Below the pieces are notes generated by a model. The model was given only the letters and a program-made list of their open reading frames with translations. It did not search any database and was not told where the DNA came from. A program made the position numbers and the translations under genes. Below, piece after piece: positions 9,146-18,502 of a stretch of 64,000 bases of DNA. How positions within the stretch are numbered: the stretch's first letter is position 1; each line of letters begins with the position of its first letter. The stretch is from an uncultured Gammaproteobacteria bacterium (GTDB taxonomy: Bacteria > Patescibacteriota > Patescibacteriia > UBA9934), in the NCBI GenBank assembly GCA_964452565.1, contig CAYVLY010000001.1:291009-355008 (forward strand), written 5' to 3'.

Positions 9146-10720
9146 TCAAATATCCTCCTTTTTCTCGCGGATGAATGCCAACCACTCCTCAATAAATCTC
9201 ACCGCAACCTTAAATGGCGACTCAATGATGAAGTCAAAGAAATAGATGAATACATTGATCTTCGATACTTTCAATGAGAGCCAGCGGCCAAAGTGAACAA
9301 TTGGCAGTACAATTATGTCGAAAAGTGATCCAAACACTCCGCGGCGTTGAGGTGATAAAACAATATCACGTGTTGAGCTTCTGATACGGATTCCAAAGAA
9401 TGTTACTAATGACAAGAAGAATAGGAATAGTCCGATTGAAAATGCATTGAAGTTGAGCTGATATAACATTGTCCCAATCGCAGTATAGACCAACACAAAC
9501 ACAAGAGCGTAAACTGAACTGAATATTGTAGACCATGTTCCAAATCGACTCTTTCCAATGCGCACATTCAAATAATCGTGATTAGATCCCACTACTAATG
9601 CGCGCACTGCGGCTTTATAATCTTCGGCATTACGCCGCTCTGCAACCACAACAGTCATTCCAATAAATGCTAGGAATAATGGGTGGAACAAAATGTTGAT
9701 CGCTAGTGGTATTGGGAATAACTCACCATGCATAAGTAAGTCGTACGGGACTTCGAGAATCACAGCTAAAGCCATCTTGGTTATAAACAAGAATAGTACT
9801 GCTCTGATTGTTGTCCTTCGAAGCCTTGTTCTAAATATCTTAGTGCGTTTCTTTAATGCTTTCCAGATTGAACGTCCAAGCAGATCTGGCTCAGATTCAA
9901 CAAATACCTGGAAGTCAGTCGGGTTGTCCTCAATTACATCTTTAATCACCCTAAAGACGCCAGCTTGACGCCTTAACTTTTGTGAAAGTTTTTCGATTAA
10001 TGGATGTTCAATCTGGCCATCAATTGATGCAATCACAGTATCAAGCTCCTCGGAAATCTCTGCAATACGCGATGGAGTAGATGCCCCTGGCCAATCTGGA
10101 TAATACAAGGCCAGCGTTCGATATCGAAGCGTAGCAAGATCTGATTTAAGAAGCGTCTTATGAACCGCAATGTAAAGAAGCAGATCTTTTTGCTCATCAG
10201 TAACTACAATGCTTGGATCCCACTCTGTTCTCGAACGCATCTGCTCATACATGTAGCCCACCATGAGCTCCTGGTTTTGATGAGACACAATCGCATAATC
10301 TAGCTCGGTCGAGATAACATCTAACAAAAACTGAAATGAAAACTCTGGCTTCCTTGTCTTATCAACTGCCTCTAGCAAAGGCCCATATTTAAGGAATACA
10401 GGTTGCAGTTCATTGATAAACTTTACTGGAATCTGCTTATTGGGAAGATACTTTGCCCACACTAGCTCGCGTAGTAAGTTCTCCGCCATGTCTTCAAGTG
10501 GCATGTCACTACCCAAAAATCGACGCAAGATGCGCGAGATAGCATTTCTTCTAAGTAAGTGATCTTCCTGATACTCAAGTGTTGTGCGGACTTTTTCATA
10601 AAGTGAAGCTGCAGTACTTGCCGGAACGCTAACCTCAATAGTCTCTGCACCTTCCTCAAATGGCAATGCACCTTTTGAAGATTGGATGGCTTGAGCAAGT
10701 TGTAACATTCTTTCAGACAT
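9146..10720 (-). CDS. hypothetical multi-pass membrane protein with a roughly 280-aa soluble N-terminal domain
   Basis: 524-aa ORF; C-terminal half strongly hydrophobic with several helices. Confidence 0.5.
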   Translation of the reverse strand: MSERMLQLAQAIQSSKGALPFEEGAETIEVSVPASTAASLYEKVRTTLEYQEDHLLRRNAISRILRRFLGSDMPLEDMAENLLRELVWAKYLPNKQIPVKFINELQPVFLKYGPLLEAVDKTRKPEFSFQFLLDVISTELDYAIVSHQNQELMVGYMYEQMRSRTEWDPSIVVTDEQKDLLLYIAVHKTLLKSDLATLRYRTLALYYPDWPGASTPSRIAEISEELDTVIASIDGQIEHPLIEKLSQKLRRQAGVFRVIKDVIEDNPTDFQVFVESEPDLLGRSIWKALKKRTKIFRTRLRRTTIRAVLFLFITKMALAVILEVPYDLLMHGELFPIPLAINILFHPLFLAFIGMTVVVAERRNAEDYKAAVRALVVGSNHDYLNVRIGKSRFGTWSTIFSSVYALVFVLVYTAIGTMLYQLNFNAFSIGLFLFFLSLVTFFGIRIRSSTRDIVLSPQRRGVFGSLFDIIVLPIVHFGRWLSLKVSKINVFIYFFDFIIESPFKVAVRFIEEWLAFIREKKEDI

Positions 10721-10729
10721 AGTTCGATA

Positions 10730-11458
10730 TTAGAAAAATGTTCGCTCCTTCGAGTCTTTAATCAAATCGTATGCCTCCTGTGCCGTGTCAACAACCTTAA
10801 AGATATCTAAATCTTCTACAGCAATGGTGCCATATGTATCTAGCTGCGTTGCTTTTACCCAACTCATAAGCCCTTGCCAATAATCCTTTCCAACCAGGAT
10901 AACTGGAATCTTTTCCGACTTTCCTGTCTGAATCAATGTCAAAATCTCGAACAGCTCATCCATTGTTCCAAATCCACCTGGGAAGTACACATATGCCTGT
11001 GCTGATGCAGCAAGAATAACCTTTCGAGTGAAGAAATAGTGAAACGCCCTGGATGACTTTACATATGGATTAATTCGCTGTTCCATTGGCAATTGAATGT
11101 TGATTCCAACAGACTCTCCCCCAGCTTCATAAGCACCTCGGTTAGCGGCCTCCATTATTCCTGGACCGCCACCAGTTACAACGGTAAAGTCACCATTTGC
11201 TAAAAGTGCACCAAGTTCGACAGCCTCCTGATACCACTTATTATCAGGCGTCAATCGGGTTGATCCAAAGATTGTAATCTCACGATTGGTCTCAGATAAA
11301 AACTGAAAGCCCTCCACAAACTCGGCCATAATACGGAATATCCTCCAGGTTATGTCGGACATTCTTGGAGCCTCACCTGCAAGCTTACACATCTCTGCCT
11401 CCTCATGTGTTAATGGAATTCTTGCGGTCTTTTTTGGTTCTTTTTTTCTTGCAATCAT
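10730..11458 (-). CDS. LOG-family protein (Rossmann-fold nucleotide-binding, TIGR00730 / cytokinin riboside 5'-monophosphate phosphoribohydrolase-like)
   Basis: VVTGGGPGIMEAANRGA ... PGGFGTMDELFE (PGGxGTxxE motif). Confidence 0.8.
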   Translation of the reverse strand: MIARKKEPKKTARIPLTHEEAEMCKLAGEAPRMSDITWRIFRIMAEFVEGFQFLSETNREITIFGSTRLTPDNKWYQEAVELGALLANGDFTVVTGGGPGIMEAANRGAYEAGGESVGINIQLPMEQRINPYVKSSRAFHYFFTRKVILAASAQAYVYFPGGFGTMDELFEILTLIQTGKSEKIPVILVGKDYWQGLMSWVKATQLDTYGTIAVEDLDIFKVVDTAQEAYDLIKDSKERTFF

Positions 11459-11504
11459 AAAAATCTCATTTGCTCTATTTTACCACGAATCCGCACATAT
11501 ACAT

Positions 11505-11535
11505 ACGGATTAATCCCGAGGTCCAACCTCCTGGA
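11505..11535. repeat. Tandem direct repeat GGAGGTCCAACCTC x2 in the LOG upstream region
   Basis: cgaggtccaacctcctggaggtccaacctcg seen directly. Confidence 0.6.
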
Positions 11536-11551
11536 GGTCCAACCTCGATAT

Positions 11552-11580
11552 TGACAATATGTGTTTTTTGATGTATGTTG
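11552..11580 (+). promoter_or_regulatory. sigma-70-like promoter TTGACA-17 bp-TATGTT on the plus strand
   Basis: Near-consensus -35/-10 with a 17-bp spacer, directly upstream of a GC-rich small ORF. Confidence 0.45.
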
Positions 11581-11610
11581 ATCGCCACCCTAAACGTCAT
11601 TGGAGGAGAC

Positions 11611-11763
11611 GTGGATATCCTACTACCGCCCGCGAGAAGCGCTTCGACAGATACGCCTGACCCGTTCCTGGTGCTTGGCGCACTGATCGTCGTGTTCGTG
11701 CCCATTAACTGGGCGTTCATCACTATCTGCGAGTACTTCGGCTGGGGCATCACGCCCACGTAG
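11611..11763 (+). CDS. small hydrophobic protein (about 50 aa from the GTG start; the ORF track gives 11575) in a locally GC-rich segment
   Basis: GGAGGA Shine-Dalgarno 4-5 nt before GTG; product ...PDPFLVLGALIVVFVPINWAFITICEYFGWGITPT; followed by a ccccgcac/gtgcaggg hairpin. Confidence 0.35.
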   Translation: MDILLPPARSASTDTPDPFLVLGALIVVFVPINWAFITICEYFGWGITPT

Positions 11764-11900
11764 CCCAGAAATGCTCTCGCAACTCGTAAACCCCGCACCT
11801 CGTGCAGGGTTTCAAGCATCTAAATTCTCAATTCTGCCACTACCCTTCGACTCGCCTGTGGCTCGCTCAGGATAATAGCCATTGCATTCTTCGCTGGCTA

Positions 11901-13601
11901 TTACCATGACCCCCCACCTCCCCCACCAAATCCGCCGCCAGAAAATCCACCTCCGCCAGAACCTGATGAACTAGGCATTGGTGTTGCTGCAGCAGACTGA
12001 ATAGAACTTGCGATAGAATCAAAGCCACCAGTCATTGCCAAAGCCATAAATGCAGTATCCCCTGCATACCAATCTGGCGCTGCTTGATGAACGTCTTTAA
12101 ATGTCTTTGCCCACTGATCAACATCATCGAATGCAATTGCATACGGCAAGTAATCCGCAAATATATGCTCTTTTTCATGCCATGCAGATCGATATCGTTC
12201 TGCTGTGTGCATGAAATCCTTGAACCCGAGCACTTTTCGACGCATCTCTACGCCCTCCTTTGTCAAAGCCGGCATCAAATATCCAAACACGATAATTGCG
12301 ATCCCTGAAGTTGTTCCAACGAATGAAGTAAACAACCCCAGCACTGCCCCCAACACCACACTAAAAGCAAAGACTGCGACCCCCAAAAAGATGAACAACA
12401 CCTGATAAACAAACGACCGCTTCACATAGTATCCATCACTAACTATCTTTTTGCGAAGTTCGGATTTCATCCTATTCATCTTCTGAGCCGGGATAGTGTT
12501 TTTCAACTTCTTGAGTGGTATCTCAGCCATCTTTCCTTTGAAAATCATTTTGTGAAATTGAGCATGAGCTTTATCAAGGCCCTGAGACCCCTTCAAAGGA
12601 ATCAATGTGACCAAAGGCTTGCGTCGATCTTTTCGATTTTTCTTTTTTGTTTCTGCTTTAATCTTTAAATACCCATCTACTGCCATCTGAATAATCATCG
12701 AGGTTAGATGGTCCCGCTTAAGCCGACCATGCACCAACATGCCAGCATAAACTGATTTGATGCCATTAGGTGGTTCATACTCAGCAATAACAGTCTTGTT
12801 CATCTTTGGATCTTTACCACGCGTGTACCACATCCAAAACGTAAATCCGAGGACTAACAACGGGATCAATGCATACCAATTATCAAACACTAACCAAACA
12901 AATCGATCCCACAGAGTTGGCTCGTAAATCTGACCCTTTGTAAACGCAACTGCAACTGTTAGAAAATCATTTGCTTCGAACTGGGCAACGTCACCCGCAT
13001 CATTTTTCGTACAATTCTGCGCAGTTGATCCGTAATAGCCTGTGTAGCAAGAAAACTGCTCAACCTGCGCCCCATCAGGCAAAATCACAGTGGCACTTGA
13101 GCGATCAATCGGAACCTCCCAATCAGTTCCTGTTACATTCCAATACAACTCATCGTACTCATCAAAGTACAAAAAAACTCGATCAACAGTGTAAGTGATC
13201 TCATAAGTATGCGTTCCTGAGATGTATCTATCTGGATCCCCAATACGTAGGCTTACATCGCTATATCCATACGAATAGTTCACCTGCGCGGGCTGTCCAT
13301 CCTGTTGGATATTCAAAACATCAAAATCAGTCTTAAAGCTATTGCCATACGTATCTGTGTATCGCACTGGTATCTCTCGATAGATCCCATGCTTTTGAAT
13401 ATCAAAAGTTACATCAATTGTCTCAGTAACAGTTATCGATGCATCCTCATGGATCTCGATAACTGAATCGAAAGAATCAATCGACCATGTATAAGCTTGA
13501 GCGTCCGATGTTAATCCAAAAGCGAAAAGTATCGCAAGGAATGCGATACTAATACATGTAATTTGCCTTGTTTGAAACATGCTCTTCAAAAGTTGTAGCA
13601 T
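11901..13601 (-). CDS. DUF2207-family membrane protein with a C-terminal Gly-rich tail
   Basis: Signal or TM helix, large extracytoplasmic domain, TM segments, and the C-terminus ...SSSGSGGGGFSGGGFGGGGGGSW typical of DUF2207. Confidence 0.7.
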   Translation of the reverse strand: MLQLLKSMFQTRQITCISIAFLAILFAFGLTSDAQAYTWSIDSFDSVIEIHEDASITVTETIDVTFDIQKHGIYREIPVRYTDTYGNSFKTDFDVLNIQQDGQPAQVNYSYGYSDVSLRIGDPDRYISGTHTYEITYTVDRVFLYFDEYDELYWNVTGTDWEVPIDRSSATVILPDGAQVEQFSCYTGYYGSTAQNCTKNDAGDVAQFEANDFLTVAVAFTKGQIYEPTLWDRFVWLVFDNWYALIPLLVLGFTFWMWYTRGKDPKMNKTVIAEYEPPNGIKSVYAGMLVHGRLKRDHLTSMIIQMAVDGYLKIKAETKKKNRKDRRKPLVTLIPLKGSQGLDKAHAQFHKMIFKGKMAEIPLKKLKNTIPAQKMNRMKSELRKKIVSDGYYVKRSFVYQVLFIFLGVAVFAFSVVLGAVLGLFTSFVGTTSGIAIIVFGYLMPALTKEGVEMRRKVLGFKDFMHTAERYRSAWHEKEHIFADYLPYAIAFDDVDQWAKTFKDVHQAAPDWYAGDTAFMALAMTGGFDSIASSIQSAAATPMPSSSGSGGGGFSGGGFGGGGGGSW

Positions 13602-14574
13602 ATATTGTCTCTCCGTCAGGAGTTGCTAAAAAGTAGTAGTAGCTGTTTGGTGTTGGTGAGATAACTGACTCAATTGCAGCAAGTCCTGGATTGGCAATTG
13701 GCCCAGGTGGTAGACCTGCATACATATAAGTATTATACGGTGAATCGATCTCTAGGTCTTCGGCCGACGCTGCTGGATCATCCTTACCTGTCACATAATT
13801 AATGGTTGAACAGGCCTGCAACGCCATACTTATCTCAAGGCGTTTTAGAAAGACGTCGGCAACAATCTTCATTTCTTCAGAAGACGGGACTTCTTTTTCG
13901 ATAATTGATGCTAGCGTCAGAAGCTCATGGATTGACTCAACGTATCGCACGTTTTCGATCCCCTCGATAAACTCAACATTTTCTTGCATCTCGTCGACGA
14001 GGGTCGTCACGATCGTCTCAGCAGTCGAGTCTGGATAAAAACGATACGTATCTGGGAAAAGATATCCCTCAAGGTCAACATCATCTGGCTTTCCGGCACT
14101 AATGATAAATGCGTGACTCTCTAACGGCGAGTTTATTCCAGTCCAATAGTCCCAATCTTCTGGCGTAATTTCGAATTGCGATATAACAACCTCTCCAATC
14201 TGATCAAGATTGTAACCTTCCGGAATAGTAATCGATATATCCTGACCAGCTGTGTACTCAGTCATCATGTCAATGAGATGAGCGTAGCTAATCCTTGGTT
14301 GCAACTGATAAACACCCGCACGGATCGATCCAGCAGAACCATTAAGCTTTGCATAGAACGTGAACCAAAAATCTGATGCAATAAAACCCTGTTCTTCAAG
14401 GTCATCAGCGACTTGTGAGAAACTAGCTCCCTGCTCTACAGTAAACAAAACTGGATCGATCTTGTCAGATGGATCCTGGATCCAAAACCGATACGATTGT
14501 GTGATTATCGTTATAAAGATAATCGCAACCAATACAGCTGCAGCAATCAAACATGCAATAAGTTTTTTTATCAT
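13549..14574 (-). CDS. mltG: endolytic murein transglycosylase MltG (YceG-like)
   Basis: N-terminal TM helix; hallmark YMYAGLPPGPIANPG motif. Confidence 0.85.
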   Translation of the reverse strand: MIKKLIACLIAAAVLVAIIFITIITQSYRFWIQDPSDKIDPVLFTVEQGASFSQVADDLEEQGFIASDFWFTFYAKLNGSAGSIRAGVYQLQPRISYAHLIDMMTEYTAGQDISITIPEGYNLDQIGEVVISQFEITPEDWDYWTGINSPLESHAFIISAGKPDDVDLEGYLFPDTYRFYPDSTAETIVTTLVDEMQENVEFIEGIENVRYVESIHELLTLASIIEKEVPSSEEMKIVADVFLKRLEISMALQACSTINYVTGKDDPAASAEDLEIDSPYNTYMYAGLPPGPIANPGLAAIESVISPTPNSYYYFLATPDGETIYATTFEEHVSNKANYMY

Positions 14575-14673
14575 ATATCAGATACCTCCATCCCGAGCAA
14601 AGTCGAGGGATCTCACGAATCTAGTTTCGAGAGATCTTTCGACTCGCTTTGCTCGCTCAAGATGGAAAAATAT

Positions 14674-15084
14674 TTAATCAATCTTAACTGGCTGCCACGA
14701 GTCATTAAGGGGCAACAGCTCGGAAAGTGTTTTAGTCTCTGTTTCTGAAATTAGAACTTCCGCATTTAGATTATCTTTACTGACATGCTTCATGAACTGC
14801 CTGCAGGCACCACAAGGTGAAACAACAAAAATCCCTCCCTTGTCATCTTTCCAAACAGCAACGATCTTACTTATCTTCTCCTCACCTGCTTTGATCATTT
14901 CCGCAATTGCAGCCTGCTCTGCGCACATGCCGAGCATTGCTGGTAGATCAATACAGACACCAGTGAAAACATTGCCTTGCTCAGTTTCTAAAGCGCAGCC
15001 AATATTACCGGCCTCACTTTCGCTTTCAAGCTTTCGATAATTAATGACGCTCGCTGCTTTTTTAATTAACTCAATGTCAGTCAT
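14674..15084 (-). CDS. cdd: cytidine deaminase (CDA family, zinc-dependent)
   Basis: CAEQAAI (H/C-A-E) and PCGACRQ zinc-binding motifs. Confidence 0.8.
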   Translation of the reverse strand: MTDIELIKKAASVINYRKLESESEAGNIGCALETEQGNVFTGVCIDLPAMLGMCAEQAAIAEMIKAGEEKISKIVAVWKDDKGGIFVVSPCGACRQFMKHVSKDNLNAEVLISETETKTLSELLPLNDSWQPVKID

Positions 15085-15086
15085 AT

Positions 15087-15839
15087 TTAATTATCTAATA
15101 AATTATCTTCAATATGCTTTGCAACACGATCAAGACGTGTGTGGGTTCCAGAGTCAAACCAAGACTCAGTAGCATGATAAAAGCCAAGATCGTGATTGCT
15201 CTTATCTAATAGCGGCCAGATGTCTGTCTCGTTTGAGATCGGTGACTGTTCAGGAATCAAATCTTTGACCTTTGGAGTCATAATATACCAACCAGATGAA
15301 ACAAAGATCGAATCTCTGTTTTTGACATGAGGTTCACATTCGCTTCGGTCAATATAATTTGTTAAACGCTCCTTTTCATCATCATGCAACAAAACTTCGT
15401 ATGCCGAATTCTTATCGACTGGAATCTGAATCGCCGCGATCGTTGCAGCGCCGTCGATATTTTTCTGACGGTTCATGAACTTATCAATATCAATCCAGAA
15501 GAGATTGTCGGCATTCGCTAGAATAAATTGATCATCAAGCTGATCCCAATCAACAAGCTGTGACCAACCACCTGTTCCCATTGGCTCAGGCTCTTCAAGA
15601 TAAGAAATGTTCATTCCAAAATCTGATCCATCGCCAAAATAATCCTTAATCTGATCACCCATGTGTGCAATCGACAAAGCCACGTTGGTTATCCCGTGTG
15701 CCTTAAGATGATCAAGGACGTATTCGATCATTGGCCGACCGTGAATCGGAACCATTGGCTTTGGGCAATTATCAGTCAAAGGCGCTAGCCTTGTCCCCCT
15801 TCCTCCTGCTAGCAAAATCGCTTGAATCTTGTCGTTCAT
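15087..15839 (-). CDS. sugar-phosphate nucleotidyltransferase (NDP-sugar pyrophosphorylase family)
   Basis: N-terminal LAGGRGTRLAPLT signature. Confidence 0.8.
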   Translation of the reverse strand: MNDKIQAILLAGGRGTRLAPLTDNCPKPMVPIHGRPMIEYVLDHLKAHGITNVALSIAHMGDQIKDYFGDGSDFGMNISYLEEPEPMGTGGWSQLVDWDQLDDQFILANADNLFWIDIDKFMNRQKNIDGAATIAAIQIPVDKNSAYEVLLHDDEKERLTNYIDRSECEPHVKNRDSIFVSSGWYIMTPKVKDLIPEQSPISNETDIWPLLDKSNHDLGFYHATESWFDSGTHTRLDRVAKHIEDNLLDN

Positions 15840-15881
15840 AATAGGAATATTGTATCGATTTGAGGGTATTCTGTCGAATTC

Positions 15882-15930
15882 TTAAGTTAGTTGAACTAAG
15901 TTAGTTGAACCAAAATAGTTCAACTAACTT
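15882..15930. repeat. REP-like element, dimeric copy (gttagttgaactaagttagttgaaccaaaatagttcaactaac)
   Basis: Same AGTTGAAC...AGTTCAACT palindrome family, 9 kb from the RAYT, between two convergent or tandem genes. Confidence 0.7.
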
Positions 15931-15963
15931 TTTAGGATCGATTTATTTCGAATACGGAATGCA

Positions 15964-15991
15964 AAAAACCCTGCACCAGACGGCACAGGGC
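15964..15991 (-). terminator. rho-independent terminator (ccctgcacc..ggcacaggg hairpin followed by a T-run on the minus strand)
   Basis: Plus strand reads aaaaaaccctgcaccagacggcacaggg; it lies directly 3' of the 16016..16351 ORF. Confidence 0.55.
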
Positions 15992-16015
15992 ACGAAACGA
16001 ATCCATCTTTGACTA

Positions 16016-16351
16016 CTACCCCCAAATAGCCCTTGCAACAAGTCGATTTTGATCAGTACGCTCTCTTCCCGCATCGGTACGTCTATATCGATTAACATTC
16101 CCACTTCTACCCTGCGGTGGCCACGAAGAAGATCTTCGACATGTCAGCAACCCCTCTTGAACCATTTTACGAGCCTCTCTTTGCAAGCTTGGCTTACTTG
16201 GGATGCTATTTTCGTCACAGCCCCTGTTCCTAAGTCTTGCAATTATCTGATCAATACTCAGCGAACTGCCCGTGGCAGCAAGCGCTCCGAGTATCAATGC
16301 ATCGGCCCGAATTATCACATTTGTTTTGCGAGCGCTCTTCTTCTTGGACAT
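16016..16351 (-). CDS. hypothetical small basic protein; GC-rich segment
   Basis: Complete ORF followed by a terminator hairpin; local GC well above the genomic background. Confidence 0.4.
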   Translation of the reverse strand: MSKKKSARKTNVIIRADALILGALAATGSSLSIDQIIARLRNRGCDENSIPSKPSLQREARKMVQEGLLTCRRSSSWPPQGRSGNVNRYRRTDAGRERTDQNRLVARAIWG

Positions 16352-16479
16352 CTCAAACCTCCTTGAACGATTCTAAAAATAGATAATCACACTTCTCTCT
16401 TTGAGTCAATGCAATAAGCCCTGCACCAGGTGGTACAGGGCGCAGACCGCTCTCCAAGGCCGTCGGTCGAATTGTTGAA

Positions 16480-16770
16480 TCATCCACAGCGGCTGGCGAG
16501 CAGGGCAAAGAGAAAGATGCCAGTGACGAAGCCCCATCCGGCCAGGTCGTAGCGACCACCCTTCTTGTAGAGCAATTCGGACCGCTTGTGGATCCCTTCG
16601 AGCTCAGGAGTGATCTTCTGCCCCTCTGCCTTTGCTGCACGATACGGTCGGTCCATGACGAGCGACCTGTCTTTCGCACGCCCGCCCAACCACACCATGA
16701 GCACGAAGCCGACAACGCAAGCACCAGTGAGTGCGGCCAACACAAGGAACATAACGCTCATTCTTTTCAC
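16480..16770 (-). CDS. hypothetical small membrane protein (2 TM); GC-rich segment
   Basis: MKRMSVMFLVLAALTGACVVGFVLMVWLGG ... GWGFVTGIFLFALLASRCG. Confidence 0.4.
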   Translation of the reverse strand: MKRMSVMFLVLAALTGACVVGFVLMVWLGGRAKDRSLVMDRPYRAAKAEGQKITPELEGIHKRSELLYKKGGRYDLAGWGFVTGIFLFALLASRCG

Positions 16771-16856
16771 CTCCCGCAGTTATGAGAATAAGTCGTTCAA
16801 ATTAAAGCAGATCGAAAACAAAAAATCAACCCTCACTTCTCAGGTTGATCATTAAA

Positions 16857-17357
16857 CTAACTCAAATAGAAAAATGCAACCGAAATCAGCACTCCTAGAA
16901 TTGATCCAGCGATAACGTCTACAAAGTAATGAACCCCCACCACGATTCTGGACCAGGCAATATACAAAGCTAGTAGATAAAATGCGATCACAAACGCCCA
17001 GGCATGCTCCAGACTAGACTGACAAAATGCGTATGACAATACTGTCGAGAACGAAAAACTCGCTGCTGCATGTGCTGATGGAAAAGAATATGTTTTGATC
17101 GCCAGATGATACACAGTGTTATGCTCTGGTGGTCTATGCCGCTTAACCAAAAATTGAAGTAAGAGCGTCAAACCAGTTGCAATGATCACGGGCGACAACC
17201 AATAAAATACCTTTGAGGTATCGTTAACCACAAACAAAAGTCCAATCATCACAAGGCCGTACAAATACAAACCAAGTTCTGAAATATGCGACCAGAACGA
17301 ATACTCAGGATGAAAAGCTTTTTGAATCTTTGCAGAAACTTTCTTATCCCACTTCAT
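16857..17357 (-). CDS. PAP2-family phosphatase (undecaprenyl-diphosphatase / BcrC-like)
   Basis: PAP2 motifs KRHRPPE (KxxxxxxRP), SFPSAH (PSGH), SRIVVGVHYFVDV (SRxxxxxHxxxD). Confidence 0.8.
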   Translation of the reverse strand: MKWDKKVSAKIQKAFHPEYSFWSHISELGLYLYGLVMIGLLFVVNDTSKVFYWLSPVIIATGLTLLLQFLVKRHRPPEHNTVYHLAIKTYSFPSAHAAASFSFSTVLSYAFCQSSLEHAWAFVIAFYLLALYIAWSRIVVGVHYFVDVIAGSILGVLISVAFFYLS

Positions 17358-17478
17358 AGAAAGTCAACTATAGCTCACTTTTTACTTCAAGGTTCAACCT
17401 CCGAGGTTTAACCTTAGAATTAATATGTAATAGTATAACAAAAAACCGCGCGATTAACCCGCACGGTTTTTAAATCAA

Positions 17479-18342
17479 CTATTCAACAGGAATATATTCA
17501 CGATCACAACTAAATTCAAACACATCAGAATCAAATTCCGAATATCCTGCGCAATGTTCAATTAGATCAGTTGCTCCGGAGTCAATATCAAGATAATAAC
17601 CACTCCAACCTAAATACCCCATGTCCCCATAACCTTTCACGAAAATCACGCCTAACTCTGGTGCATTAACAAGATTATAGCTGAAATCCATGACTTCACT
17701 GATCGGCTGATGAACCAACCAATGTACTTCGTCTTGATTCAAGTCGGTTGTGAGAACAAACATTTCATGAGTTCCGCTTGATCCCACCAGGTAAACAACT
17801 CCGTCATGAAAACAAAGCTCGCGATAGTAATCAATGTAATCTGTCATGATCTGGTTATCAAGTAAACCGATTAGCTCGTCCGAACCATCCACGCTATCCA
17901 TATAGTCATAGACTAGACCATGAAAACTATCAAGAAAAACAATTGAATCTTGAACTTCCTCAACTGTCAACAAAGTTTGACCGCCAACAGCAGTGTTAGC
18001 CATATCAGCAACCATCTGACATGACTCTATACCATCGTCATCAGCAGAATTAAGAGAATAGATATATGTCACCTGCGATAGATCTGATATTAATTCTGAT
18101 CCTGAAGTATTCTTTACTACAGGTATTCCAGCCGCACCCTCTGCTACAACAATTTCGCACTCCTCACACTTTTCGCACTCTTCATGATCGCATGGTGCGG
18201 GCCAGTAGAGATATCCTGCCACAGCGCCAGCTGCAACAACCAATAATAATACGATCGAGACAATCACCCATGGAAGTGATGATTTGTGGCACACGTGAGC
18301 CTCTGGCTGCACTTGCGGCTGCTCTGGAATTTGTTCAGGCAT
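17479..18342 (-). CDS. hypothetical membrane-anchored protein with a Cys-rich juxtamembrane stretch (CDHEECEKCEECE)
   Basis: Single N-terminal TM helix; no recognisable domain. Confidence 0.5.
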   Translation of the reverse strand: MPEQIPEQPQVQPEAHVCHKSSLPWVIVSIVLLLVVAAGAVAGYLYWPAPCDHEECEKCEECEIVVAEGAAGIPVVKNTSGSELISDLSQVTYIYSLNSADDDGIESCQMVADMANTAVGGQTLLTVEEVQDSIVFLDSFHGLVYDYMDSVDGSDELIGLLDNQIMTDYIDYYRELCFHDGVVYLVGSSGTHEMFVLTTDLNQDEVHWLVHQPISEVMDFSYNLVNAPELGVIFVKGYGDMGYLGWSGYYLDIDSGATDLIEHCAGYSEFDSDVFEFSCDREYIPVE

Positions 18343-18377
18343 AATAAATGTTTAAAATGTTTAAATTATTTTCTTTT

Positions 18378-18491
18378 TGTCATCCCGGCCCCTGAGCCGC
18401 CTGCCGGCAGGCAGGGGATCCATCGTTGCTGTCATCCTGAACGAAGTGAAAGATCTACTCGAGTAGATTCTTCGCTACGCCCAGAATGACA
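18378..18491. repeat. Structured multi-hairpin element, family TGTCATCC...GAATGACA (diverged, longer copy D)
   Basis: Shares the terminal inverted repeats tgtcatcccggcc...ggggatccatcg...gaatgaca with copies at 50289, 55439 and 58811. Confidence 0.6.
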
Positions 18492-18502
18492 AACAAGTAT
18501 AG

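Noticed and set aside
11475-11819. 114-aa minus-strand ORF across the GC-rich micro-insert
   Set aside because: It is antisense to the promoter and small-peptide arrangement and has odd composition; likely spurious.
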